DNA of 64,000 bases from Marsupella aquatica (taxonomy: Eukaryota > Plantae > Marchantiophyta). The notes under the pieces were generated by a model, which searched no databases, was not told where the DNA came from, and was given only the letters and a program-made list of their open reading frames with translations. This document shows positions 51,018-64,000 of this stretch, in pieces. Both the position numbers and the translations under genes were made by a program. The stretch's first letter is position 1. Every line of letters begins with the position of its first letter. Location of the stretch: contig OZ316899.1 in the NCBI GenBank assembly GCA_973895155.1, positions 1,697,573 through 1,761,572 of the forward strand, written 5' to 3'.

Positions 51018-54000
51018 TCATTTGTCCCCACATTGATTTGCTTGTCCTTCTTGGTGAACCACTTGAGCATCTACTTCTTTACATCTCTCGAGATTGTCTT
51101 GTGCTTTTACCAAAACAGATTCTTGAATTAAAACCAAACCAGATTTAGTGTTTCGAGAGTTGAAGCACCACAAAACACTATTCACAGCTATTTTGTGAGG
51201 CATGGGATATTCTCGTTCATCTCGCTCCCATTTTTTAGTCCAACAATTTTTCCACCTTTCTTTCTGCCCCACTTCATTCTTGCCCATATGAGGCCGGAAC
51301 CACCCCACTGAACACACATGCTCAAGCTTGTTCTCATCATTCAGCCCTCCTTCTTCCACATCGGTTACAACTCTTCCCAAATGAATAGGATAGTTCTCTA
51401 TATCCTCCGTTGCTGGTCTTTGCAAAATAAAATGACCTTTGATAATATCCACTCTTGGTTGAAAGGCTTCTCGTGGCCTATTCTTCACAGGTCCAACATA
51501 GTCCTCTCTTGCATCCAACTCACATGCAACATTCCAAAAAGTGACAGGTTCATTGTCTCTCCAATTTGACCGAGGCCAAAATCCGCCTTTCAAGTTGTCT
51601 CCATCTTCTTGCCTATATTGTACAACCTCCGTTTCCAATGTAGCTAAGACAACCTTCCAGTATTGGATGAGATCGTCCCAAGATTCTCTTGATTCCTCTG
51701 TCTTGCTTCTATCCACAATCAATTGGAAGAACTTTAAAGGTTTTTGTATCCCTACACGGACATCAGCCAACATGCTTATTTTTGTCATGGGAAGTCTTTT
51801 TGGCATCCCATGTGGAAGGTTTGGACATCCATCCTTTCCCCACCTCCACATTTCAATCCCTTCCTTTGGCACCCATGGCACAGCATCATTTGACTTGAGC
51901 TTATACTGAAAGCATGGCATCCCATCCTCTCAAACATAGAATCAAAATAGTCGGGGCTTTCCATGCCCCACCAATGAGTCTGGGCCTCTTAGTAGAAAAG
52001 GTTCTACATACCCTTTGAAATCGGGTACTTCTTGAACAAAATGTGGAACCGGACTTGGCGTTTTTGCTTTCATGAACAAGCTCATCAAATCAGGTAATGT
52101 CCATGTTGGATTGTGCATAAGAGATTCTGAGAAATGCCCAAACATCCCATCAACATCCTCATGAGTGTGCCCAACCATAAGGAATCCAAGTTGAACCTCC
52201 TCAAATACCTTCCTTGCTGTTAACAATGATAAATATGCCATAACAAATGTGTTCTTGTTGTCACTTGGTGCATTGTCAAGTTGTAATTTCAATGTCCGTG
52301 GGAGAGGCCTGAAACAATCACTCGGGGGTGAAGATGATGACTCGACTGCATTGTTACAAATCCCAATGTTTTAGAAAATTATGGACACAAAGTAGCCTTG
52401 TTGTACATGGATTCACAAAAAGGGACATAATGCTACAAAATCATAGGATTGAGCGTCGTCAATATTTAGAAGACTTTCATACCTTGCTCCGCAATGAATC
52501 TGGTGTTGTCATTAAATGCTTTCCTAACATCTTCCTCAAGAACATCTTTTCTCCCCCATAGAAGATTGTTGAAAACGTTTGTGGAATCCGGCCCTTCCAG
52601 AAGTGAATTGATCATAGGTTCAGGATTTTCCAACATACGAAGAATTGAGTCTATAGACCCAATGCTTGCATTTGAATCCGTAGCCCAACAAGCAAGATTG
52701 TACTGAGCCACAGCCTTAGGCCCATGACCATGAGTTAAAATGCCGGTTACAGTGATGGGCAGTCGAACAGAGCCATCGCAATCTTTTGGATTCATGGCAT
52801 TTTTGGAAGAGCAGTCTTACAATGGTCCATTTTGTCATGGATGATACAAACTGACTCTTTGGGATGTGCAACAGAATGCGACCTCCAAGCATGATATAAG
52901 AGTCTCCCCTGCGTGTGATCTTCATGATGCTCCTCCTCATCTCGTCTGAAAATCTCCAACTCTTCCTTTCCTCCAGAAAGGCGAGACCTTCATTGTTGCA
53001 ACTCACTACAAGTGTTGCATTTCAAAAAGTTGTTTCCCTTCTTGTGAATCAGAACTTCTTTAAAATATTTCTGGTGAAGGAAAGTCATTGTTGGTTGGGA
53101 TATTGGGCGAAGGCCAAGGGCAATTTTATTCTATTCACCCGATCCCTGATAGTCTCCCAAGTAACGCTTGTCGGCAACTCCCGAAGACCTACCCGAGAGT
53201 TGTCAGCCAAAGTTCTTTGTTTCGCAGGATGATTATCTGCACTCTCATCAATAATCATTTTCATTGACATCAATGATTGCGAGACTCTCTCTGACATCCT
53301 TTTTTTCCCTTGGTTGCCATGTTGTGATATCTTCAATCCTTCCCGAACCTGCTTCTTCATAATATCAAATTGGGTCTTCTTCTTGGCATGCAATACCTTC
53401 CAGGCCTCAAGATAAATTGGAACTCTTTCAATGCCTAACAACCTCTCTCCTTTGGATGTGTCCAACGCATTCTGAATCGCCAAAACTTTTTCCTCTTTCC
53501 TTTCTTGAAATGACTTACTAAAGTACTTCTCCCTAATTTTTAGAGCCAAGTCACGGTCAAAGTATTGACAACATTTACGCCGACAACAATTGTTCGTACT
53601 GATCAATAGGATGTCCTCGGGTGACAAGGCTCGTTCTTTCCTAGTCAGATCCTTCCGTGGTTTCTTTCGAGGTCTCACTTTACTAACATATGACGTCTTT
53701 CCGCTTGAGACGTCCTGTCGTTCTAGCCTTTGATTCTGAAAATGGCAATGTAAACTTTTTCCCCCGGTGCAATTAACCTTGTAATTGGCCATGGTACAAG
53801 GCAATCTTTATGTTTCAAATGCTCTCTTCGAGCACCATCAACGAATTCCGTGATGAGTATGCCAACATGTGTCTCTCCAAGCAATGTGCCTTGCAACACC
53901 ACATCCGAATTGGTCGTACTCACCATCGCATTTGAGAAGTTGACATTATTGTCATCGATGACTTTTACAGTCATCTCTCTCCAATCACACCTACGTATTA

Positions 54001-54175
54001 TGATCTCGTTTTGGTGCTCCCTCCCCTCTCCAATTCCATCCTGACCTTCATTTCCATGTTCATACCCTCCAATATTAGAATTTCCAAAATCTCCAGAAGC
54101 AAGCGGCACAAGATCGGTCCTTCTCCAAGGTCTCGTGGAGTTTGAGTCAAATATCGGATTCTCTCTCATCGCCAT
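51018..54175 (-). pseudogene. Sola-like DDE transposase, broken into several ORFs; termini not identified
   Basis: LQLDNAPSDNKN..FLMVGHTHEDVDGMF; MNPKD..VTGILTHG; CCRRKCCQYF..EAWKVLH; KWTIVRL. Confidence 0.75.
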
Positions 54176-54542
54176 TACTCAGAACTTTGTCAATCCTTAC
54201 CAACACTCTATCCGAACCAAGTGAGCAATCATCTACCTTGACTGCCGGATCAAGATTTATGATCGTCCCTTTCGCAACCAAAGAGGCTCCAACACATAAC
54301 CCAACCTTCTTCCCAAATCAAATCCAGCTCTTCGAGTTTACCATTTTCTTGTCAGAATAGATGGACAAATTACAATTAAATCCAAAACATCCTTACTGAT
54401 AAGAATAATGTATCTCTCTCATAAATTAATTGACAAATACAATGGAACACTGTCATGTAGGTAATTATCCATCACGACTCAAAAGTCCCTCACGATTAAA
54501 TGAATACCCCTCTCTCATTTCAAATATCCTCCGACACCGCAC

Positions 54543-55112
54543 GGAACAGTGTTCCACCGATTGTTTTGAAATGCACATCAATAATTTTTAGCAGGACAAC
54601 GTTAAAATGTCACATCTCTCTCGTGGTCTCTCCATCAAAATACCCTCAAACCAAACCAGATAACAAAGGATTTTTTGAAACCCAAACTCCGCCCTTCCTT
54701 CCAAATTCACTTCCTGCATGTGTCAATAATCTTGAACTCTGCTGGCAGAACACTGTTCCGTCAGTCGGTCAAAATCAATGGGAGGTATCTCAAATAATAG
54801 ACATCCTCATCATTAAAACTGGAAAACTTTCATCACACCAATTTGGAACGGTGGAGGCGGAACACTATTCCGTGGGCCACTCAAAATATATTGTAGGGAT
54901 CTCAAAAAACACATCATCATAAATAAAACTCAAAAATATCAATCAAACCAATCTTGAACTGTGCCGGCGGAACACTGTTCCATCGGTCAGTCAACATCAA
55001 CTAGTGGTATCTCCAAGAAGAGTCATCCTGAGCAATTTAATGTAACTATCACTGCTCGGCTAACATCCATTCCTTGAAACCACAACTCACGAACCCCACG
55101 GGACGGTGTTCC
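54543..55112. repeat. Cluster of 13-bp palindrome GGAACA-N-TGTTCC upstream of the Sola-like gene
   Basis: Variants at 54543, 54747, 54859, 54969 and 55100. Confidence 0.75.
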
Positions 55113-58100
55113 GTCGCCCTCTCCCTCTAAGTTTTTAACATTCTTCTGTCCGACTCTGTTAAGAGATTTCATCAGAGGAATCTCTCAGATCCCCACGAGA
55201 CCTAGATTATATTTTTGAGCAGAGTGAAACTAGGACCCAGTCACAAGAACTCGAATATCTCAAGAATCCAATGAGATTATTCAGAATAAATTCTAATCAA
55301 GCCATAAGTTGGGATGTGAAGTTGGGATTTTAATTGAAATGAACCGACTTTCTAGTCTAAGAAGTGGACAATCTACTCTTAAATGATAGAAATTTCAAAA
55401 GAACCCTCCCGAGTACCTTATTCAATGACAACGTTGAGTACTCTCCCACTCCTGAGTTTGAGATTGTGGACGCAAACGATGAATCTCTGATGCCCCTTTC
55501 AATCAATCGTCGAGTCTCTGGGATTGTTCATTCACATACAAACTCTCCCAAGCTCAACCAAGCTCCAAACCTCCAAGAAACGCAAATGTTGAACTTGTTC
55601 TTAGCCTCGCTCCACAATTCACAATTGCCAAATGAAATGAAAAGATGGGACGACAAACAAAATACTCATCCCGTCTTGCTCACCTTCGCGGTTTTGGGGG
55701 GAAGTTTGAAATTTGAAATTTGAAAGTAACACTTGTACTTGATGCACATGTGCGGGGACAAATCTGAAGTTTGAAATTTGAAAGTGAACACTTGTACTTC
55801 ATGCACATGTGAGCGGACCTAATATGAAATTCAAAATTCATATTTTACCTTGTGAAGACCTTGGTGGGGACCTTGTTGGGGACCATTTTTACCTGTGATG
55901 GTCTCTCTCTTATATCAATAGTGCCATGCAATTACGATTGACCACTCAAATATGATGTCTTGTAGATGTGAGCAGACTGTCCGATTTCATGTACACATAT
56001 GACCGTAAATGTTCAGGTATTGAATCCGGTAATGTTCGGACCAAAGTAACCATAATTTTCATTGTTAGTCAAAAAAGTTTCCAATATCGCATAACAAACA
56101 TTAAGCAGGCCTGTGACAAAGGGGTTTGGTCACATTACTTAGGCTTCACAAATTGGAAAAAGAAAGAAAGAATGAAGTAAAACAAAAAAGACAAATCATT
56201 AAATGTTAGGTCCGGTCATCATTAAATAGTATATACATCATACTTAGTTATAATACATTGGTTAGTGTGTTTTGGTCTCTTTAGAACAATGGAGACTCTA
56301 TACTTAGAAGTTCTAGTCTTGCAGTAACTAATTATGTATTTTTCACAAAAGTATTATCCTTGGACCCCTATCACATAGTTGAACCTAGTTGAGCCAACTA
56401 TTGTGGGTTATTAGGGGTTAATGGTTGAGGGACAAATGAGAATGTTTATCAAATACTTAAAAAGTATACTTCTGGATTTATTAATTTTAAAAAATAATTA
56501 ATATTCAATGTATATTATTTAACTAATCATCATGATTTAATTACACATATAACCATCATCATGATTTCCTAATCTGAATAATACATTGATACCAATCTGA
56601 AAGATGTCAACACATGAAGGCCGGACATGCGGGAAAATAAAGAACTATAATAAAGAGTTGCACCCTTTTTTGAAGTGATGTTATTTACAGACCCCACTAG
56701 AGGTCCCTTCCAAAATTCCTGGCACCAGAGCGTGCCACATCAACAACAACCGCAACAAACAAGACTCTTCGGTTTTGTGAATCAAATTTACAGTTTTCCT
56801 TCATGTTTGCGTCAATTTGGGTGTAAAATTTGGGACGTCGTGCCATAAAAATAAATGTAAAATAATTAGAAATACAAAGAGCAACACGGTTAAAATTGTC
56901 ACTATGTAATCGTTTTAGATACAATTCCAATTTTAAAACTTCAATTCAAAGATTTATAAAAAGCATTTTTCATATAATAAATAATGGCTAGTAACTAACT
57001 TGATAACTTCCTTGTTAAAGGGTAATTGGCACTTGGAGTAAGATTTATGGCCCAATGCAATCAAGGGAAAATGCTAGCCATGGTCCGAACTTGAACATTG
57101 AACGACCTGGTACAATTCATTTGATCAGACATTCATCTAATTACAAATGGATTTGTCACACATTGACTTTTGACTCTTGTAGCTTGAGAATTTGGTAGCA
57201 TGTATCGAAAAAACCTTAGTTTGACAACTCTTTGTGATAACCATGCTGTCAATTAGCCAAGGCGTCCACGAACTAATTGAATTTGCAGTTTGTGTGTCAG
57301 AAAAATTCTAAAGAAACTTAGTATAATAGGAGAAACAAATGAACCAAACCCTGCAAAAAGGTAATTCTGCAAAACAAGTACAAGTATTCTTCCCTCTATA
57401 TTTTCCTTATTGTAGGCCAATGGATTCCCCCCTCTATCCTCCCATTGTACTTGCAAGTACATACCCCGACCTAATGTATTTGAACCTAATGTATTTGTCA
57501 ATCCCAATCTCTCAATCTTCTCTATACAAAATTTACCCTTGCCCCAATGTACAACTGGTTCTGTCCAAGAGCCCATTTGGTTTTGTCTTTCTTCTCATTT
57601 TACAAGAAGTTTTGCATTATTTTTTTCCACCTTATCTAAGGCCAAATAAATATCAAGTCATTTAGCTACATGATAACTTTATTAAATGCAAAACAATTTA
57701 TAAGTGCGTTACTCAAACTAAGAAAGATGGTACAGTTATCAGGAAGCACATAATCCAATGAGATTGCATTTACTGATAAGTGCACACCCTTTTTTTTAGT
57801 AAAGGAAAATTTGGACTTATGGACATCAAATTTATGGCAAGTAGTCACATTTTGTGTAATGAGTCACACGGCTGCTCACCTGTGGAGATGCCATTTATTA
57901 GTAAGTGAAAATTTTAGGGGATGTGCACTTATCAAGGAATGGAAAAACAAATTAGTGTAATCGGATAGTGAGAGTGTCACTTATCTAGAGTTTATTGTAT
58001 TTGCATGTGCTCTACAATGAACATACAATGAACTCAATTTGGACTGTGTCGCCCCTCCACTTGGTACTTGCTCCAAGAGAACAAGTACACTAAAAAAATT

Positions 58101-58230
58101 GAATATGTTTTTGAATGAAATGGCAACACATTGAGGGCAATAACTAAAGTTTCATCATTTGCAGTTTCTTCACATTTTAAAATCTTTAATTAGAAGGAAT
58201 TAAAAAATACAAAATACAAAAAATAAAATC

Positions 58231-58800
<570 letters not shown>

Positions 58801-61800
58801 GGTGATAGTTTGTGGTTGTTGTTACTCATTTTCTGCGCCCTTTTTGTGCGACAGTTTTTTTCTTAAGAACATCTTATGTGACACCACATCTATATTTTCT
58901 TAACGGCATCTTGGGCGACACAACATCTTTTTTCTTAAATAACAACAGCTTGGGCGACACAACGTCTGTTTTTCTCAATGACATCTTGTTAGGAATTGAC
59001 TCAAGTTCCCAACTATTAGTTAGTCTGGCCTTACTACTTAGGGTTAATTGACCCTTGGTTAGTTGGGGATAAGATCCACTTATTTAGGACCACACACCTT
59101 AGTCCCCCTTGGGGGGTATAGGTTAGAGGGAGAGCATTCTCTCCCTCATTCTTCACATGTTCAATCTCAATCATTCATGAGCTATCAAATGGATCCTTAC
59201 GGAGTTTCTCCAAGCATGATCGTGGTGTCATGTTGGTGTAGTGTGAGATTGAGTGCTCTCGATCATTTTCCGCATTGCCGTTTTCTTACACCAAGTGCTC
59301 AAACAATGTTTGTTAGAGTTGGCTCATTGTGTGAAGTTATATTATTCTTGGATCAAATTTAATAGGAAAAGTTAATACTTTAATTGTCATTAACAAGGGA
59401 TCTTTTTGTAAGCAAAAATATTAAGAAGGGGTACATGGGGGGTGTTTGTTCTGCTCTTAGTCTTGTCACTCATAGGTTACGGCAATTAGGCTAACCACTT
59501 GTAGGGACTTAGGTGAGGTAAATAGGTTAGTAAGTAAGTTGTGTGTGACCTTGCATATACCAGGGCTAGTGTAAGCCACTTGTGTGATAATGCATGCTCA
59601 TTGCAATGAAGTGGCTTGAGGGAGAGAGTGAGCTCATGTGTGGAGAGTGTTGGAGTATTTACAGTAAAGTAAAGAACGGTTGTATTACTGAGAAATGGGC
59701 TCAAGGCTTTATACAGTAGAGCCAACTGAAGTAAACAACTGACATGACACATGGCATACTATAAGATTGCATGGCCTACTGCATCCCCCGATATATGGAT
59801 GCATGCAACATGATTTAGTCAAATCTAACCTAGTACTCTATCTACTCTTCCATGTACGCAATCAACTCAAATGCGGTGCGGCGCCTATTAATTGGTGCGG
59901 CGCGGGCTATCAACTCAATTGCGGTGCCAAGAGCGTAGTCTCTAATATTCTAATAAAAGTCATCCAAAGTCACATGAAAGAGTACACCAACTTGTAGAGA
60001 AATTCAAGAGTTCTAAGCTTACCTATCACCATAAGCTTGACCAACTCCTTCATTCTTGATGGAGTCGGACCAAGGGGCATGCCCTCGGGGGCCTCAATCA
60101 AAGGGGTGTCCCATATCACGCTCGAAGTTTTGGGGGAATAAACACCCTAAAAGTTAAGTCAATAAAGTTATTTTTTTAGGAATTTTTTAACCCCTAACTT
60201 TTTGGAACATTCCAAGAATGTTCCCATATTTGATTTTAAAAAACCCTATGATTCTTATAATTCTCAAAATTGGATTAAAATAACCCTAATGTTCTTCAAC
60301 AAAAATTTAAAAGTATTTCACTAAACCCAATAAAAACCCTATACTTATTTGCGCGTGATGGGTTGGAAGAAAAGAAGTGAGGACCCCGGGGGCATGCCAC
60401 TGGTCTCGAGGAGGGCATCCTCCAGAACCCTTGCATCTATACCAACTATAGGGTTGCTCTTCACCCCAAAAAGGGAAAATCTGTGAAATGGTCGAACCCA
60501 TTCCCAAGGAACTGGACCCATGCCACACCTAAGGGCCATGGCCACTGGTTCTCTCTACATGGTGGTTCACATCTCGCATTTTGATGTGTGGTGGGTTCAT
60601 AACCTTCCTGATTTTCTTGAATGCTATTTGTTGGTTTCCACTTAGGCTCATCAGGAGGGCATGATGAATGGCATGAACCAGTATTCATGCTTGTGAATTT
60701 CTGAATGCAATCTATCTTCTAAAGATTATTTTGGAGCTGCTTTATTTGTGTTGATTGTGTGCAGTATGGAAATTATTGAGTTGGTCAACATGTCTTATGC
60801 TAGGTTTCCACTGTTTATCACCATGTGATCACAACAAAAGACAGATAGTGCAAGGATGAGTTTTGAATATTGTACCCAATTGCCATGTTTGAGATCATGG
60901 AGTAAGTAAACATATTCTACATATGTGACATTAACCTGGGGTGGAGCCATGTCACACGAGTAGGTAATAAAGATTGAAAAAATTTAAAGATCATATTAAG
61001 CAGATTCCTTGTGATGGTGTGATATGAGTTTTATTATACTCAATAGCCCTAACTTGCTAAGATGGGAAATTATCTATTTAAGTATGTCCATTCAGTGCTC
61101 CTGTGGTCCTGTTTAGTTGGGTTTTGGAGAATACACAAAATCTTGGCATGATCACTCTGTCATGCCAAGACTCTTGGAGTGACCAGGGCCATTTCTCACA
61201 TCTTCTGAGATTGGTTGTTCTATTGTCCATCTCAACTCGACCCTCTTTTTTTCAATGTATATGCTGGGGGCTCGAGTGGTTTTGTGGTCGTTTGTCAATA
61301 CTAAAAAATTTCCCACTTTCAATGGAGGAAGCGGTGTTGGTCGTCTCCCTTATTTATGATAATTTTGGCAATTCATTCATTTTTATGGTCTTTATTGCTG
61401 GTCTCTCGGTGCTGCCTTTGTGCTCCCAATATTAGACAAGCTTTTATTTGTTGACTCTATGGACAGATATGTTACTCTATGGCTGACTTCCACTAGGTTC
61501 TTTGAGTAGTGAATTCATTTGTGTTTCTTCATCTGTGAAAATGCTAGCCCAACAATTGCCATTTTTGATCGTGCTTTTTAGACCACTTTGGCACGAATGA
61601 ATCTCTACAGCATGACATTTTTAAGAGTGGTTTACGGCTATGGAGGATGTGGCACTTGGTTTGAAGTTGCATGAAATGATATTTATTGGACTCTAATACT
61701 AGTGTATAAGTTTGTAGTTCTACAATTTGTGGGGAGATTTACATATTCTACTAACAGTTATTGGAGAGTGACAATTATTTAATCCACTCAATCTGATTCA

Positions 61801-62559
61801 AAGTTGTTTGTAAGAATTTCTCTCTCTCTAACTAATTTTTTTTATTAATGATAACTGATTTATGTGGTTGACACCACCTATGAGTTGTTTAAATAGGCAA
61901 AGCAGTTGGAGGGCCTGTTGTAAATTAGTGTAAATTAGTTGCCTGGGCTCTGACTCTCAATTTAATGTATGTTTTGTCCATGCTATTGTCCAAAAATGTA
62001 ACCAATTCCATTAATACCAAATAGTGTGACTACTTGTACAAAACAAGATTCATGATTGGTTTCATGCAAAAAAATTGGTATCAATAGACACTCCATAGAT
62101 GTTGTCGTTTGTAAGAATAACCGTCAGGCCAAAGTGAGGACGGCTTGGCCTTGCCCACAACTGCAAAATAATCATGGACTAATGCTGAACATGTCAATGG
62201 CCATGCATGGGCCTCACTATATACACAATGTCTGAATGATATTTATGGGAGTTATAGGGTATCCACTTACTAACATATAGTAATACTTAGTTTTAGTTCA
62301 ATTACTTTGTAACCATTCCCAAGGGTCCTTTTATAAGGAATATGTACCATTTTGGATCCATGCTATTTGCACCAACTTATTTGGAGATTGGAGGGCCTAT
62401 ATGAGGGGTCCAAATCCCTCCTCCATAATGTATTTCCTAATCTAATTTAGGGGTGCCCTAACACATGCCTCAAGGACTCACTTAGAGGCACCACTTAATT
62501 ACGCTCTCACTAACCCTAAACAAGGGAGTTCCATTACTTCCGGATTCCCTCTTGATGTT

Positions 62560-62900
62560 CTCACTTCTCACTTCTCACTCTCTCGCTTGCGCTCTCCCTC
62601 TCGCTCTCTCGCTCACGCTCTCTCGCTCGCGCTCTCCCTCTCGCTCTCTCGCTTGCGCTCTCCCTCTCGCTTGATTATTTGCTTGCGCTCGATCACTTGC
62701 TCGATCACTCGCTTGATCACTCGCTCCTCCTTTCATCAATTGATCGATCACTCGCTCCTCCTTTCATCAATCGATCAATCACTCACTCCTCCTCGCTCAT
62801 TCCTCCCTCGATACCTCACTCGCTTGATCATTCGCTTGCTCATCTGGGCACTCGCTCAAGCTCATTGCTCACTCATTCCATTTGTGCTTTAGCTCTACTC
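62560..62900 (+). repeat. CT-rich low-complexity repeat (CTCTCG/CTCGCT-like units)
   Basis: Direct inspection; it explains the spurious ORFs 62587..62892 and 62679..62984. Confidence 0.85.
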
Positions 62901-63558
62901 TCGCTCTGCTACTATTGCTTGTACTTCTGCTCGAACTGTGCTGTTGTTGCTCTCCTGCTGCTCCTCAGTCCTCTGGTTAGTTGAGCTGCTCATTCTGTGG
63001 TTGATTGTCTCCGACTACTTCAGCTCCTCAGCTCATCGACTGGTTTAGGGCATCAACAGTTTCAGGTGATCAACTCCTCCTGCTTGACAGCTCCTTCTCC
63101 TGAGATTGGTAATGTCAGATTTATCCTGTAACTTCAATTGTCCACTTTGTGTATGTTCTACTGTACATGTTTGAACACTTGAAGAGGTCTTTTCATGGCT
63201 TCTTGTTTTAGGGCTTGTAGTTTCCAGCTGCTTCAGTCTACTAGTGATAGTTTCCATTGTTCTTATGACAATTCAGTCTCAGTGGATGTTAATGGATGTT
63301 TTAAGTAACGCTAGGTTTCCTCATTCAGGTGCAGGCCTCTCTTTCATCAATCACTCACAAAGATCTCACCCAACTATATCATTTGCGGATTTAGGTGACA
63401 ATCCACTCTCTCTTTTAGGAACTAGTCCTTGATTTGATGCATTAAACAAATCCCGTGCTTTCTTGTACGAATATAATTTTGGGTTTAGATTATCTTTAGT
63501 AGAATCTCAGATCCTCTTCATAAGTCTTCTCCTTCTTGACGGGATCCACTTATTCCAC

Positions 63559-63886
63559 GGAACGGTGTCCCGCCTGCTCTTGAACGATGTCGCACACCCC
63601 ACAGCACAGTCTTCCGCCCGCTGTGAAACCACGTCACACACCGAATGGCATACTCTTGGTGTCTCGCTGATCGATGGGGTCAAAAAACCCCACGAAACGG
63701 TGTTCCGCCTGCTCTCAAACCTCTTTGAGAGAATATATAGGACGGATGTTGTTCCGCCCTGGATGAACCTTCATCCAACATCAGGCTGAACGTTGTTCCG
63801 CTTGCTCTGAAATTCAATCCAGCCAAGGAAAGAAAATGTTCACCCCACGCAGGTCCTCAGTTGAACACCTGGCGGGACGGTGTTCC
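63559..63886. repeat. Second cluster of GGAAC-NNN-GTTCC motifs, probably the end of a related element running off the window
   Basis: Variants at 63559, 63694, 63744, 63787 and 63874; AACCCCACG..ACGGTGTTCCG is shared with ~55093. Confidence 0.6.
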
Positions 63887-64000
63887 GCCAACTCTGAAAT
63901 TCAGTTCCGCCCAGTAAAGAAAAATCTTCGGCTCAAGGTGAATCTAAGTGGTCCACCCACTCAAATGCACTTCCGCCTCCTCTGAAATTCAGTGCGGGCC

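Noticed and set aside
57774-57935. Inverted repeat TGATAAGTGCACACCC / GGGATGTGCACTTATCA as a MITE
   Set aside because: A real inverted repeat, but short, with no TSD or clear ends
58988-62500. Possible LTR starting TGTTAGGAAT and downstream retroelement sequence
   Set aside because: No second LTR, PBS, TSD or recognisable coding motif in the window
62587-62984. Leu/Ser-rich ORFs
   Set aside because: Translation of a CT-rich simple repeat

Overview
Eukaryotic, land-plant nuclear DNA. It is probably from a bryophyte such as a liverwort, inferred from a plant-type RPL23 retrocopy, TTTAGGG telo-boxes and the TE families present. No intact host gene is evident; the window is a nest of mostly decayed transposons. 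A LINE (1-3.4 kb) sits in the 3' region of a Bianca-type Ty1/copia element (3.4-18.9 kb). The copia gag is split by a 9.87-kb DNA transposon (7811-17684). Further right are two CACTA/EnSpm-type elements, an LTR-like segment, an EDM2-type triple-PHD pseudogene, a Sola-like transposase and a processed RPL23 pseudogene. The most interesting feature is the 7811-17684 element. It carries a GCM/MULE/SWIM transposase and, divergently, a spliced ~1070-codon gene with a ParB/Srx-like N-terminus and a beta-class N4C/N6A DNA-methyltransferase-like C-terminus. Its non-coding DNA (ends, intergenic region, introns of both genes) carries repeated copies of an 18-bp palindrome, GCYAGCGA-NN-TCGCTRGC, which I did not see elsewhere in the window. 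This suggests a possible parS/ParB-like or VANC-like self-targeting epigenetic system. A second element (33945-44337) carries an open SET-domain ORF. All domain calls are by-eye motif recognition; no database searches were run.
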